From the human T2T-CHM13v2.0 reference genome, Homo sapiens: a stretch of DNA of 64,000 nucleotides. The stretch lies in assembly GCF_009914755.1 (NCBI RefSeq), contig NC_060935.1, one strand, 5' to 3'. Each line of letters begins with the position of its first letter. Positions within the stretch are counted from its first letter, which is position 1. This document shows, piece by piece, positions 33,208 through 52,800 of this stretch. A model generated the notes under the pieces. That model had not been told where the DNA came from and searched no databases. It saw nothing but the letters and a program-made list of their open reading frames with translations. Made by a program: the position numbers and the translations under genes.

Positions 33208-33539
33208 TTAATGTACCTCTCACTATGAGAGAGTAACAGCTTTACATTTGTTTAGGAAAGATTTGTTTTTCTCTATGTGCTGTATATTTATAAGATTTGC
33301 CTACCTTTCTCCCCTATTTTTCCATTTGTCTTTCACTTTGTTTACGGTAGGATTTTTTTTCCTGCAGAATTTTAGAATTTTGATGTGGTTTAATTAATCT
33401 GCGGTGCAGGGCTCAGAATTCATCTTCCCATAGAAACAACAGTCTAAGCAATGGTTTGGTTTCCAGACCAGCTCACTGAAACGGATTTCATTCATTGTCT
33501 AATGCGAACACTATACACTGTGCGGTGCGGACTTCAGCC

Positions 33540-34340
33540 TGACCCTGAGTGAAATGGGAGCCACTCCAGGGTTCACAACCAAGCAGGGAGATGAATTTGT
33601 GTTCAGAAGATCTTTAGGGGGGCACAGGAGGAGGAAGGAACCCCAGTTAAGAGGTCAGTTCAGTAACCCAGGCAAGAGGTGTGGAGGCGTAGACAGGGGT
33701 GGCATCAGCGGAGCGGGATACGCGGGCCTTAGCATTTGGCTGTGCTTTAACGATAGACCCAGCGAGAATTGCTAGCAGATTAGACACAGCAAGAGGAAAA
33801 GAAAGGAGTCAGGATGATTCCAAGGTTTTTGGTGCCTGCAGCAGGAAGTATGGAGTTGCCTTTTATTGAAACGGGAAGGACTGAGGGAGGTTCCTTGACT
33901 GCCCGTTAGACATCCAAGCACCTGCTGGAATTCCGTGTGGGGTTCAGGGATGAGACCCAACTGGGAATGTAAGTGTTAGAATTGTAAGCATGAGTTAGAC
34001 CCATGGATTGGATTAAACCCCTAGATGTGGGTATTTGCAGACTGGGAAGATGGCCAAGGGTGAAACCCGGGGCATCCCAGGATTTAGAGGTCAGGGAGAA
34101 GAGAAGAGACCCCTAAAGAAGACCCAGAAACAACAGGCAGTGATAGGATGATGGGGTCCTAGGAGCTGGTGGCCAGGGCATCCCAAAGAGGAAGTGCAGC
34201 CGCGGTGTCAGAGGCTGTGGCGGACACAGGGGAGATGAAGATAGATCTGACCGCTGCTCCAGCATGGGGGTCACGGGGACCTTGAGCAGGAGGCTGGCGC
34301 AGCAGAGGGAGGGGAAAGCTGGTGGGAGCAGGCTCCAGGG
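33540..34340. mobile_element. L2 remnant
   Basis: ggagtcaggatgattccaaggtttttgg...atggagttgcc L2-like motifs. Confidence 0.55.
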
Positions 34341-34597
34341 AAAATGGGAGGTACACTAGCCCTAAAGGAATGCAAGAATATTTCTCAAAGCCATCATTCC
34401 AGCCCCAGCAATTACAACCAAAGAAAGTAATTCAGAAGCTGCATTTCTCTTGAGTGTTGCACCTTCAGAGCCTGGGATGGGGGAGCAGGAGGGTGTGGCA
34501 CAGTCTGAGGGAGGCCTCTAAGCAATTGTCAGACCTTTTTATTTATTTTACTGTTACTTTTCTGACTGAACATATTTAATATAAAAATATGAGTTCA

Positions 34598-36825
<2,228 letters not shown>

Positions 36826-37709
36826 AACCTCTTTGCCAATCTAAGATATCAAAATGCATATTATTTTTGTTGCTTTATCTTTAATTCTGCTTCCAAAGAA
36901 TGGGCCCCTCTTTCCCTCCTCCTCTCATTTAATTTTCTGTTTGCTTCCTTTCTTACAAATACACAAGTGATTCATTACATGCTCATGGTGAAAACTCAAA
37001 CAAGGACTTTCAGTTCTGGAAGTATTTTTAACTAGACATTATGAAAACTCTTTTGCCATACAACACCAAAAATGGTAGATAAATTGTAATAGGTATCTTT
37101 TAAATGTAAAGTTGAGCTTGCAAAAAGATCAAGAAAATCTTCAGGGGGACAAAGGAAAGAGGAAGCAAGAACACAGAATGGAAGGCCAGCCCTGAAGTCT
37201 TGATCACCGTGAGACCATCCAGGCATTTTTCTGGATGTCAAACAGTAACAATATACTAGAACTTTGAGCCTTGGGGTTTAACAGATGTGTGGGGGCAGGA
37301 GTGCGCATTTGGAAAGGGTACCTGAATAAGGCTTGGTCCTGAAAGGGATATGACCTCAGGGAAAGGGTGGGAGAGTGAAAAATCTGTCCGTGGTCGAAGA
37401 GTGATATTGACATAATTTGTTTAGTCATCTGATCTGGGTGGGGAAAAAGAAGTTGTGTGATATTTGAGCAAGATTTTGCCTAAAGGAGATTAATGACTGG
37501 TGCAAGAAAATACAGAAGGCTTGCTGGATCAGGATCCCCAAGGGGGCTGGAGCGACCTGAGATGGGGAAGAGAGATTGACTGACATTTCCCACACTAGCC
37601 ACTAGGTGGGGCCACTAACTCAGGACAGCTTGGTTGCCCTCTCATTGTACAAACTGGATTTCCCACTCCCACCTCTTTGCTTAAGAATTGGTGATGGAAG
37701 GATAAAAGA

Positions 37710-37920
37710 GACAATCTCAGTAAATCCAGAGACAGAAATCAGACTCGTGGTTGTCAGGGGCTGGGAGAAGAAGGGAGTGGGGAATGACTGCTAATGGGTA
37801 CAGGGTTTCCTTTTAAGGGTGATAGAAATGTTCTGGAACTAAATAGAGGAAGTGGTTGCACACACTGTAAATGTACTAAATGCTGCTGAATTGTGCACTT
37901 AAAATGGTTAATTTTTAAAA
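37710..37920 (+). mobile_element. L1MB-like 3' end
   Basis: gactgctaatgggtacagggtttc...atgttctggaactaaatagagg...aaaatggtta. Confidence 0.7.
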
Positions 37921-38146
37921 AAGCAAATAGAGAATGATTCAGTCTTGAAGTTTGTGATGTAGTGAAAAACAGACAATTTTGATACTACATGAAAGGTACA
38001 GAGGCCAGGGTCACTCAGAGGAAGGAGGGTGGATTCAGGGGAAGATTCTGGGAGAAGGTCAGGAGTGAGCTGAGTCTGAAAGAACAAGTTCAAGTAAACC
38101 AAGAGAAACAGGGAAGTCTGAGTAGCAGGAGAGGCAAGGCTGAGAC

Positions 38147-38180
38147 TGTGTGTGTGTGTGTGTGTGTGTGAGTGTGTGTG
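38147..38180. repeat. (TG)n microsatellite
   Basis: Direct read. Confidence 0.95.
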
Positions 38181-38496
38181 ATCAAGGGCTTCGATGCAGC
38201 TGAAGCATCCGGCACATGTGGAGAATAGAGACACAGGCAGGGGCAGATCAGAAAGGTTCATAGGTCATCTCAAGACAATTGGATTTCATTTTAAATGCAG
38301 TGAGGAGTTACTGAATTTTAAGCAAAGAAGTGACCCGATCTGTATTTTGGAAGGATCATTCTGTCACTGATGTGGACAAAGATTTAGAGGACACAAAAAC
38401 TGGTGACAGCTTTATTCAGGGGCTTCTGCAGGATCTGAGGGGATATTATACTAGGAATGAGGGGGGCCATGCTGCTGTTTGAGATCATGCATTTAT

Positions 38497-38690
38497 ACAA
38501 TAAATCCTCACTTAATGTCCTTGATAGCTTCTTGGAAACTGACTTTAAGCAAAATTACTTACTGTATGCTGTAAGAACTTAACTCTTGTTCATATGAGTT
38601 AGTCTATGGTAAATTAGTTTTGTTATACAGACCATTATTTCACTTAAAGTCAGTTTCCAGGAACCTATCGACTGTGTTGTGCTAAAACTG
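38497..38690. mobile_element. MER82-like Tigger DNA transposon remnant
   Basis: tcctcacttaatgtc...ttcttggaaactgactttaagc with inverted counterpart cttaaagtcagtttccaggaacctatcgac. Confidence 0.55.
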
Positions 38691-39878
38691 ACTGAAATTT
38701 CAGTCTATACTTGTTCATTGCTGGTATTTGGGAAAGCAAATGGCTTTTGTACATTAACTTTGTATCCTGCAACCTTGGTATAATTGCTTATTAATTCCAG
38801 GAATAGATTATACATTTATAGTGGCATTAGTTTGTATGGCCGTGTGATTTTTCTGGTGTAACCAGGACTCAGGACTTGGCAAGGTGAGGGAGTGGGGGTG
38901 AAGAGCACACGTGACTTTTTTAGCCTTCCAGCAGTAAGTGGGGATCTGCATATTCAGGAGAATAACCAAGGCCGGTGCTGCAATACAACCCTAAAAATGG
39001 ATGTCTGTGTTATCTAAACAAGCAGCAGCTAAGCTGGGTCTCTCAGAGGCCTTGTAGTTATGTGGGCCAGCTGTGATAGCATTCTGTCTCTCCTTTAATT
39101 CACTGTACCTTTTCTGTGAACATCCTGGGAGCCTCAGATTGACCCACACCAGAGAAGGTTTAACTTCTTGCATCAGATAGAAAATGAGTGATAAAAGTTG
39201 CAATCAAACTGGCTGAGGCAAAGAAGGGAATTTGTTGGCTTGTGTATTGGAAGGCCAGAGGTACCTCTACCTTCAGGTAGGGTTGGATCCAGGATCTCTG
39301 CTGTGTTCTCGGGCCTTGGTCTCTCTATTTCCTGGGTCTGTTTTGCCCTGTGTCACTTCATTTTAAGGCAGAGTCTCCTCATGAAGGGACGGGCAATGCC
39401 TAGTGGTACATAGCATGGGACCCCATCAGCGAGAGCCCTTCTCCAGCCCAGTTGTTCCAGTGCAGATCTCTGGATTTGGACTTATTGGTTTGACTTTGGT
39501 CATGCACCCATTCCTGAACCAATCCGTATAGCCAGGGATGGAAGATACTAGCCAGGCCAGGTCACATGGGCCATCCCTAGAACTGGGGGCTGTGTGCAGG
39601 GGAGGGGCTCCCACAAAGGAAAGCCAAGGTGGTCTTAGTGGAGGGGAGATACCCAACAGGCAGGCAAAGCACCAGGGCCCTCTCCCCTTGCACTGGGCAG
39701 TCCTGTTTGGTTATAATTTCAATATCCTCGGGAGTTGCTTCGCATGTGGCCAGCTGTGGCTATCCAAGCATTCATGTGCTCTGTGACAAAGGAAAGGTCA
39801 GAACTTCACCGTGACCAGGACTCGCATCCACTTCCGTCCCACACTCTCACCAAGTGAAAGATGGTTTTTTAGAAATAG

Positions 39879-42704
<2,826 letters not shown>

Positions 42705-43060
42705 TAGATCATTAGCTCCTCGAGAAGCCAGCGCCCTGTCATGAGGACACTCAAGCAGCTGTATGGAGAGGTCAGTGTGGTGAGGAACTGAGGCCCCCTG
42801 CCAGTATCCTGGTGAGCAAGCCGCTTTGGAAACAAATCCTCCATCCCCAGCAATCTCCTCCATCCCCTCCACGTCCTCTCTCATGAGAAAGTCAGCCAGC
42901 CTCACTCTCATGAATCATGACTTTCTGTTTTTCATCTCAGCTGAAATCTCATGAGACCCTAAGCCGAAACCACCCAGGTAAGCTTCTCCCCACTTCCTGA
43001 CCCTCAGAAACAGCAGAAAATAATACACATTTAGGGCTGTTTTAGGCTACTACCTTTTGG
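42705..43060 (+). mobile_element. MLT1F-like LTR remnant
   Basis: gaggacactcaagcagc...tggagagg...tgaggaactgaggcc motif. Confidence 0.6.
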
Positions 43061-43079
43061 CATAGTTTAGAAAGCACTG

Positions 43080-44482
43080 CAGGGGAGCCAGAGGTCACCT
43101 CCTGCCCGTCTTTAGCTGTTAGTGGGCTCTTCAGCCAGCTTTAGAAACTAAATCAACACCAGGCAGATGAGCAGGAGAAAAGCACACATGCTGTATGAGT
43201 TTTGAATGCTTGTGGGGATCTTCACAAAGGAGGGAAGCCTGGAGATGTAGCCCAAGCGAGATGCTTTTACTTTATTTTTGTCCTTTTCTTTTTTCTTTTC
43301 TTTTTTTTTTTTGAGATGGAGTCTTGATCTGTCCCCCAGGCTGGAGTGCAGTGGTGCGACTTGGCTCCCTGCAACCTCCGCCTCCCAGGTTCAAGTGATT
43401 CTCTTGCCTCAGTCCCCCGAGTAGCTGGGATTACAGGTGTGTGCCACCACGCCCAGCTAACTTGTTTGTGTGTTTTTGTAGTGGAGACGGGGATTCGCCA
43501 TGTTGGCCAGGCTGGTCTTGAACTCCTGACCTCAGGTGTACCACCCGCCTTGGCCTCCGAAAGTGCTGGGATTACAGGCCTGAGCCACTGTGCCCAGCCT
43601 CCTTTTTCCTTCTTTCTTTTTTTTTTCAGACCCACCCGAGAATACAAAGATGCTTTTATGTTTTTTAGGCAAAGAGTAATAAATTTGAGAAGAAACGACA
43701 GGACAAAGAAAATCTAGCTGGGGCAGTCAATTTTCTGGGGGAGTCACTTGGAGACGTACAGGGGCATGTAAAGTAGGTGGAAGATGAGGGCTACTGCATT
43801 ATCTATGTTTATTCAGGCCCATTGCAGCCCCCGATGTCCAGTCTCTGGTGATAAGGGCTGCTTTCTTGCCCTGGCACAGAGAGGGGACCCCTCCCAGAGG
43901 CATCCTTATGCTACCTGCATGCAGGAAGTGACAGGTCACCTCACCCTTTCTGAAACTACTGGTCATGGTTCCCAGGCATCATTTCTCCAGTTTTCAGTTC
44001 CTCCAGTTTTCAACATGAAATAATTGTAAACCAAAAAGTGTCTGAGACAGGTCTCAATTTATTTAGAAGTTGATTTTGCCAAGGTTAAGGATGTGTGCCT
44101 GGAAGACAGGCCTGTGCCTTCCTCCAAAGGTGGTTTTGAGGGCTTCAGTATTTAAAGGGAAAAGCAGGCAGGAGGGGAAGGAAGGGAGGGCGTGGCCACG
44201 TTTCGGAATTCCCATGATGCAAGAGAAAAGGGGCAGTAGGGGAATCGTCAGTTACATATTCGTTACACAAAACCCGGTGAACAGAGTGGAGACATTTCGC
44301 CTTTTATCCGTCACTCTCTGCTTGGGAACAAAAGGAAAGGCAGCTTCTTGCACGACTCAGCTCTCAGTTTAGTTTTTTCCTTTGGGTGGAGTGGATTGGG
44401 GTCCTGAGTTTTTCTTTTCCTTTCACGTAATCGATATACCAATCTGGCATACTGGGGGATGGTGTGTCCTTCACTCCTTCAG
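43080..44482 (-). mobile_element. ERV1 LTR (MER31/MER67-like) interrupted by an Alu (43290-43600) and a MER4-family LTR
   Basis: caggcagatgagcaggagaaaagcac motif; LTR resumes after 44428. Confidence 0.55.
44025..44427 (-). mobile_element. MER4-family solo LTR with 4-bp TSD TAAT
   Basis: tgtaaaccaaaaagtgtctgagacaggtctcaat ... ttttcctttcac; TAAT at 44021 and 44428. Confidence 0.75.
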
Positions 44483-44706
44483 CAGCAATGGTAACTGTCA
44501 GAGATGTTTGCATTTCTTATTTGGATCCAGCAAAAAATGGGCATGGGTTCGCGCATGGAAAATGTTGCCATTGCTGATGTGCGTGCCTGATACCATCTTG
44601 TGGGAGGGGGGAGGGGGTGGGCAACAATTAAACATGTCCTTCAGCTCACAGTTCGGCTTCTAAGGATTTATCTTCGCTACAGGAGCATGTTCATAAAGGA
44701 GACAAC

Positions 44707-45634
44707 TTTTTTTTTTTTTTTATATTTATTGATCATTCTTGGGTGTTTCTCGGAGAGGGGGATGTGGCAGGGTCATAGGATAATAGTGGAGAGAAGGACA
44801 GCAGATAAACACGTGAACAAAGGTCTCTGGTTTTCCTAGGCAGAGGTCCCTGTGGCCTTCCGCAGCGTTTCTGTCCCTGGGTACTTGAGATTAGGGAGTG
44901 GTGATGACTCTTAACGAGCATGCTGCCTTCAAGCATCTGTTTAACAAAGCACATCTTGTACCGCCCTTAATCCATTTAACCCTGAGTGGACACAGCACAT
45001 GTTTCAGAGAGCAGGGGGTTGGGGGTAAGGTTATAGATTAACAGCATCCCACGGCAGAAGAATTTTTCTTAGTACAGAACAAAGTGGAGTCTCCTATGTC
45101 TACTTCTTTCTACACAGACACAGTAACAATCTGATCTCTCTTTCTTTTCCCCACATTTCCCCCTTTTCTTTTCGACAAAACCACCATTGTCATCATGGCC
45201 AGTTCTTGATGGTCGCTGTCTCTTTGGAGCTGTTGGGTACACCTGCAGAAAGCCTGTCACTTCACACTTGGAAGATTACACAGCGGCCAGGCAGAGGCGC
45301 CCCTCACCTCCCAGATGGGGCGGCCGGGCAGAGGCGCCCCTCACCTCCCAGACGGGGCGGCCATGCAGAGGCGCCCCTCACCTCCCAGACGGGGCGGCCA
45401 TGCAGAGGCGCCCCTCACTTCCCAGACAGGGCGGCCGGGCAGAGGCGCCCCCCCCCCCATTTCCCAGACGGGGCGGCCCGGCATTGGCGCTCCTCACTTT
45501 CCAGACGGGGCGGCCATGCAGAGGCGCTCCTCACCTCCCAGACGGGGCGGCCCAGCAGTGGCGCCCCTCACCTCCCAGACGGGGCGGCCGGGCAGAGGCA
45601 CCCCTCACCTCCCAGACGGGGCGGCCAGGCAGAG
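44707..45634 (-). mobile_element. 5'-truncated SVA retrotransposon (SVA_A-like): poly(A), SINE-R and part of the VNTR
   Basis: Poly-T, then HERV-K LTR-derived SINE-R (tgatcattcttgggtgtttctc...), then cctcacctcccagacggggcggcc VNTR units; AAAGGAGAC at 44695 and 45635. Confidence 0.92.
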
Positions 45635-45909
45635 AAAGGAGACTTCACTGCCCATCCACGAGGGCTGGTTGCATACACTGCAGAACATCTGTGCAAAGGA
45701 ACTGGACAGCCTACAAAGAACAATGATGCCTGGGAACCATCGCCAGGCTACACTGTTGACTAACAAAGCCACGAGCCCCGCAAGAAACAATTCAGTAATT
45801 TCCACAGGGTTGGAGATGACTCAGCAGTTCCACTCCTGCACGAGCACCCGAGAGTTGCCCTGATAGCCGTGCACTTGGGCGTTCATCACAGCATTTGCTT
45901 CTTACATGA

Positions 45910-47745
<1,836 letters not shown>

Positions 47746-47975
47746 AAAAGGACAAGACTACTGCAGAGAAATGCATACAGTGAGCTCTGTTTGGGTTTTT
47801 AAAATGATTCCTACATCTATGCTTGCAGATGTAAGCACCAGCCCTGGAAAACATTGCAAGGGATTCTTAGTAGGCCCAAGCTTTGGGAAAGGGCCCAGGG
47901 GGCTGGGGAGTTGATTAGGAGGGGATACATGCTTTTTCCTGCTGCCTTTTGAATTTTGTACCACACGTAGTATTA

Positions 47976-48430
<455 letters not shown>

Positions 48431-48979
48431 AGCACACAAAATAATTCAACCTCTAACCATATATTTCCTTTTGCTTTGCTAGGTAATTTCCTACCCAGGA
48501 CCTCATTTGCTCCCACAAAGGCCCTGGGGTTCCAGCGACTGTTAGCCCCTTTGAGATGAGAAGGCAGAGGCGCAGACAGGTTCCTTGCTTCCTTGGTCAG
48601 TGGTTGGTGTAGTCTTGGAACCCAGGTGGCTCGTTCCCAGCTGAGGTTCGTCCTGCCCTGGACAGTGGAGCTCAGTGGGAGGGGTACCCTGGCCAATCCT
48701 CAGCATCAGAGGCCACAGTATTCTCTCTCTGGTGTTCCTTGTGGCCAGATGAGCTGCTGCAGAGGTGTCCACAGGCAGAGCTTGGGCAGTGCTGTGGTGC
48801 GGCCCCTTCCTCATGAGGTGGCCACTGCCTCTGGGACTGTGGGGCAGTGCTCAGTGCTGCATGGCCATATGGGAAACCACAGTGGCTGCAGTGGTCCCCC
48901 TGTGTCCCCTGATGTCCCACAGCTGGAGGTTTGGGGGAGGTTTATACTGCAGGAATGAAAGTTTTTATGTGCTCAGACT

Positions 48980-49061
48980 TAAACAGGCATGGGATCACCT
49001 GGAGGGCTTGCTAACACACAGCTCACTGGGCTGTGCCCGGAGTTTCTGATTGCGCGCGTGC

Positions 49062-49106
<45 letters not shown>

Positions 49107-49197
49107 GGGGGTCAGGGGAACTTGCATTTCTAACCAGCTCCCAAGTGATCTGATCTGCTGCAGCCAGTACAGGGACCACACCCTGAGAATCACTGCC
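48980..49197. mobile_element. MER5A-like hAT MITE containing a microsatellite
   Basis: atcacctggagggcttg...ttgcatttctaac...gggaccacaccctgagaatcactg. Confidence 0.7.
49051..49105. repeat. (CG)n-(TG)n alternating purine-pyrimidine tract
   Basis: Direct read; 55 bp of uninterrupted alternation. Confidence 0.95.
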
Positions 49198-49729
49198 TTA
49201 GAGCCTCCTCTTCTGTAAACTAGGGGCTGATGGAGCCACAGGGGACTGCCAGACAGCCGGTATACAAGCTGCCCTGCCACTAAAGTCACCCATGCACCCT
49301 GCACTCTGAGGGCCTGTGGCTGTAGCACTGGTGTCTGTCACCCACCCCTTGCCCCAGTCAACTGAGGATGGGGTTATATGGAGCAGTTTCTCCACCTTCC
49401 CATCAGACTCCCCTGGGAGCCTGTTGAAAACAGATTCCCAGGCTTCCTTCCTACTGAATCCGAGTTCCCAGAGGACGCCTGGGCATCCCCCTTTTCACAA
49501 ATGCCCCCTCCTGTGCTCAGGGAAGTGGAATGCAGGGATGCAGACCTAGCCTCGCCAGCAGTGCCTGGTGCGTGTGGGAGACGCAGAGTCTCTGACTCTC
49601 AAATCCATCCCCAGTGCCTGTGCTGCACACAGGAGTGAGACGGATGGAGCTTGGCCCCTTCCCAGCTCAAACATAACTCTCCCGGAGAGATGCGGCAGAC
49701 AGAAATGGGAGCCCCCATGCACTCCAGGC

Positions 49730-50320
49730 GGCATGTCAAATGGTGCCGCCATTGTAGAAAACAGCTTGGCAGATCCTGAACAAGTTCAACATTGCAATAC
49801 CACAGGACCCAGCAGTTCTACTTTTCAGTATACGCCCCCCCAACCCCCGCCAAATTGAAAATAGGTGTTCAAACAAAAACTCATGCACAAATGTTCACAG
49901 CAGCCCTATCCACGATAGCCAAAAGGTGGAAAAAACCCAAATATTCATCAACTGACAAGAGAATAAACAAAATATGATCTACTCATTCAGTGAAATAATA
50001 TTCAGCCATAATAAAGAGCAAAGTTCTGATACCTGCCACAACTTGGATGAATCTTGAAATACTGCAGTAAGTAAATAAGCCAGTTACACAAGGACAAATA
50101 TTTCCTGATTCCGTTTATAAGAAATGCTCAGAATAGGCAAATCCATAGTGATGTTAAGTAGATTTGTGGTTGCCTGCAGCTGGGGATGGGGTGGTGGCAG
50201 GAACAAGGAGGGCCTGCTCACTGAGTACGGGATTTCTGTTTAGGGTGATGGAACTAGGTAGTGGTGATGGCTGTACAACATTGAATTTATCTAATGCCAA
50301 TGAACCATACACTTACACAT
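49730..50320 (+). mobile_element. L1MB-like 3' segment
   Basis: aatgttcacagcagc...ccaaaaggtggaaa...gccacaacttggatgaatcttgaa...gtggtgatggctgtacaac. Confidence 0.75.
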
Positions 50321-51659
50321 GCTCAGTGAGGACACTCCACCTGAACACACTCTTGCTAGCATCTGCCACGTGCCCACCCATTGTCCATTCCCCTTCTGCC
50401 TTGCTAACATTTTGTCCTCCATCCCACCCACCCCATTTTGTTCCTGGCAGCACAGTGCCAAGCTAACCACTCACTCTGCCAGTCTGCCTTGCTTCTAATT
50501 TGCTGCAGACACCATTGTGGCTGATGTGTTGGTAGACATTTCTGGGAAAGCATTGACTTTTCTGTTAAAAGAGAGAGACTTGGCTGTCATAGTCTTGTCC
50601 CTTCTTCCTACCTTGGAAGAGAATGTCGTGTGTGGAGTGGCAGCAGCCTTTGGGTGCTGTGAGGTGGTAAGTTTGAGGGAATCTGAGACTTGACACTGTT
50701 GAGCTGTCAGACCAAAGCCGGGAACCACCCACCTCTTCTCCAGCACATACTAAGAACATCCTATTCTAGGTGCTGGGGCAGTGAACAAGACCGACAAATC
50801 CAGGCCCTTCTGGAGCTTACATTTTTGTGTGATATGAAAAGAATAAACCATTATTTGTTTAAATTGCTTTTAATTGGAGTTTCTGTTATTTGCAGCCAAA
50901 CATGATATCAACAGACACAACTGTTTACTTCCATTGTTTGATCTACGTCCAGGGGTCAGAGTGAAAATGTTCACATCTGTGTTAAGGTGCCCTGGCCACA
51001 TAGCTAACAAGCTCCAGAACTTGGATGAGGACAAGAGTTCTTTGAGGCTGGAGCCCTGACTCTGTTTCAATACATGTCCTCTTTATATCTGTCCCACCGC
51101 TCTGCACAGACCCTGCCTAGGGTCTGTCTCGTGGGTTGAAGTGTATGCAGCAGCACCATAGTGATGTGAACACCACACCTTCAGAGGACTGGATGTAAGA
51201 TGATACCGTAATAGCGAAAAGTGGTCGTTATCCCGAATGCCAACTAAAAGGACATTGTCAAGGACATCACACCATACCACTCAATGGGATCTCACACCAC
51301 CATTTCCATGAAGGGCTGGGGACTGACGGCCATGCAAGCAAGGTTTGGGGGCTAAACGGAAGCCAAGGAAGCAGGAGTGGAGGTGTAGGTGCGTCATGAT
51401 TCAATGCAGGGAGAAGGTGGGTGTTAGGACTGGAGGTGAACTCAGCTTGGTGGCAGGGCTGTGGCAATTCTCCATTTTCCAGGGTGTGCCTAATGTGGTT
51501 ACATAGCTTTGAAATTCAAAGCCATAACTCTTAAACAAACCTCAAACATGTGCACCCCCACACTGAAGGAGGGACTTCTCACTGCTCCCTTAGGAGGATA
51601 CAGGCACCTAAGGGGACATCAATATCCCAGCTCCCTCCCAGGGCACCTGCCTCGTCTGT

Positions 51660-52800
51660 GGACCCGCCTCCTGGTCCCAGGGATTGGCTGATAGCTGCCC
51701 TGCCTACTCTAGCTCAGCCAATCGTGGATCCCCATTCTTTGCCAGTGATTGGTCAATGTGAGGCATGTGACCAGTGGGCCCAGAGTCCTCTGCCCGCCTT
51801 GTTCAAAGGCGGGAGTAGAGTGCAGGCCAGGCTCAGAAGGTGGGATGGCGGCCGTGGGTGGCTGCATCCTGCTTGGGACCTGGGTGAGGTGGCGCGGGGG
51901 TTGTTGGGGGGAAAGGTGGGCCTGGCTTTGGCCCCTTCCAGAGTGGGGGCCCCCAGTGACCAATCTCCTCCCCGTTCTGTGGCCCTCGCCCTCACCCAGA
52001 TCCCTGGCCTGGGAGCCGGGGGCTGCGGGCCACGAGGAGGGCGAAGGCCCCGCCGCTGCGGCGTGAGGACGGCTTCGCACGCGGGAGCAGGCCCGGCGCC
52101 ACCTGAGCTCGGCTGCCTGCGCGGAGGCGCCCTTCGCCTACTGAGAGGAGAATGAGGGTGAGTAGGGGCGCAAGTGGAGCGTGCCTCGGGGCTGTGGGTG
52201 TGGATGCGCTGGCAGGTGTGGCGGTTTGGGTTCTGCAAACCCTCCCTACGGCGGCTCTCGGGTCCTGGAGCGAGACGCCGGGTGCACGACGCCAGAATCA
52301 CTGAGGTGCCGGCTCCCCGCGGTGAAGGCTCCAAGGAACGCGCCTGGGCCCGGCCGGCGCGGCTGGAGCAGCAGTTCTCCGGCAGCCCTGCCCTTCCTCG
52401 AGTTGGGCCTTTGAGGGGCCTTGGGGCCTCCCGGGGCGGCGGCCTTGAGCCATTAGTGTTGGCTGAAGTCTTAATGACAGGCGAGAGGTGGGCGGAGACA
52501 TGGGGTTTGAGAGGCTGTCGTTTCCATAGGCCGAGGTTAAGCCTAGGCCAGGTGAGGTCTCCGAGGCGCCCGGCTAGAGTCGGGCCAAGGCTGGAATCTT
52601 TGTCCTCATTCAGGGACGCCTTTGCGGTCTTTGAAGCTACGCTCAGGTGAGCCGAGGGCAGACACTGTGTCTCCTTCCGGAAGCTGGGGGTTGCGATACG
52701 CGACCCCAAACACCTGATTTTGGGAGAATGGCTGCACTCCCAGCCCCTCCACTGTGGGCCTCGGTGCACGAGTCGCGCACCCTCCCAGCATCCCCTTAGT
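51660..52800. promoter_or_regulatory. Intergenic CpG island with CCAAT boxes and GC boxes (promoter-like)
   Basis: CpG-dense 51850-52800; ATTGG 51683, CCAAT 51718, ATTGG 51748, CCAAT 51960; CCCGCCTCC at ~51663; GG|GTGAGT donor at 52158. Confidence 0.7.

Noticed and set aside
45187-45863. Three ~180-aa repetitive ORFs
   Set aside because: Translations of the SVA VNTR.
51070-51500. Unique-looking sequence after an acceptor-like tract; processed pseudogene considered
   Set aside because: The + strand frames I read are closed and I recognise no protein similarity; a BLASTX search would be needed.
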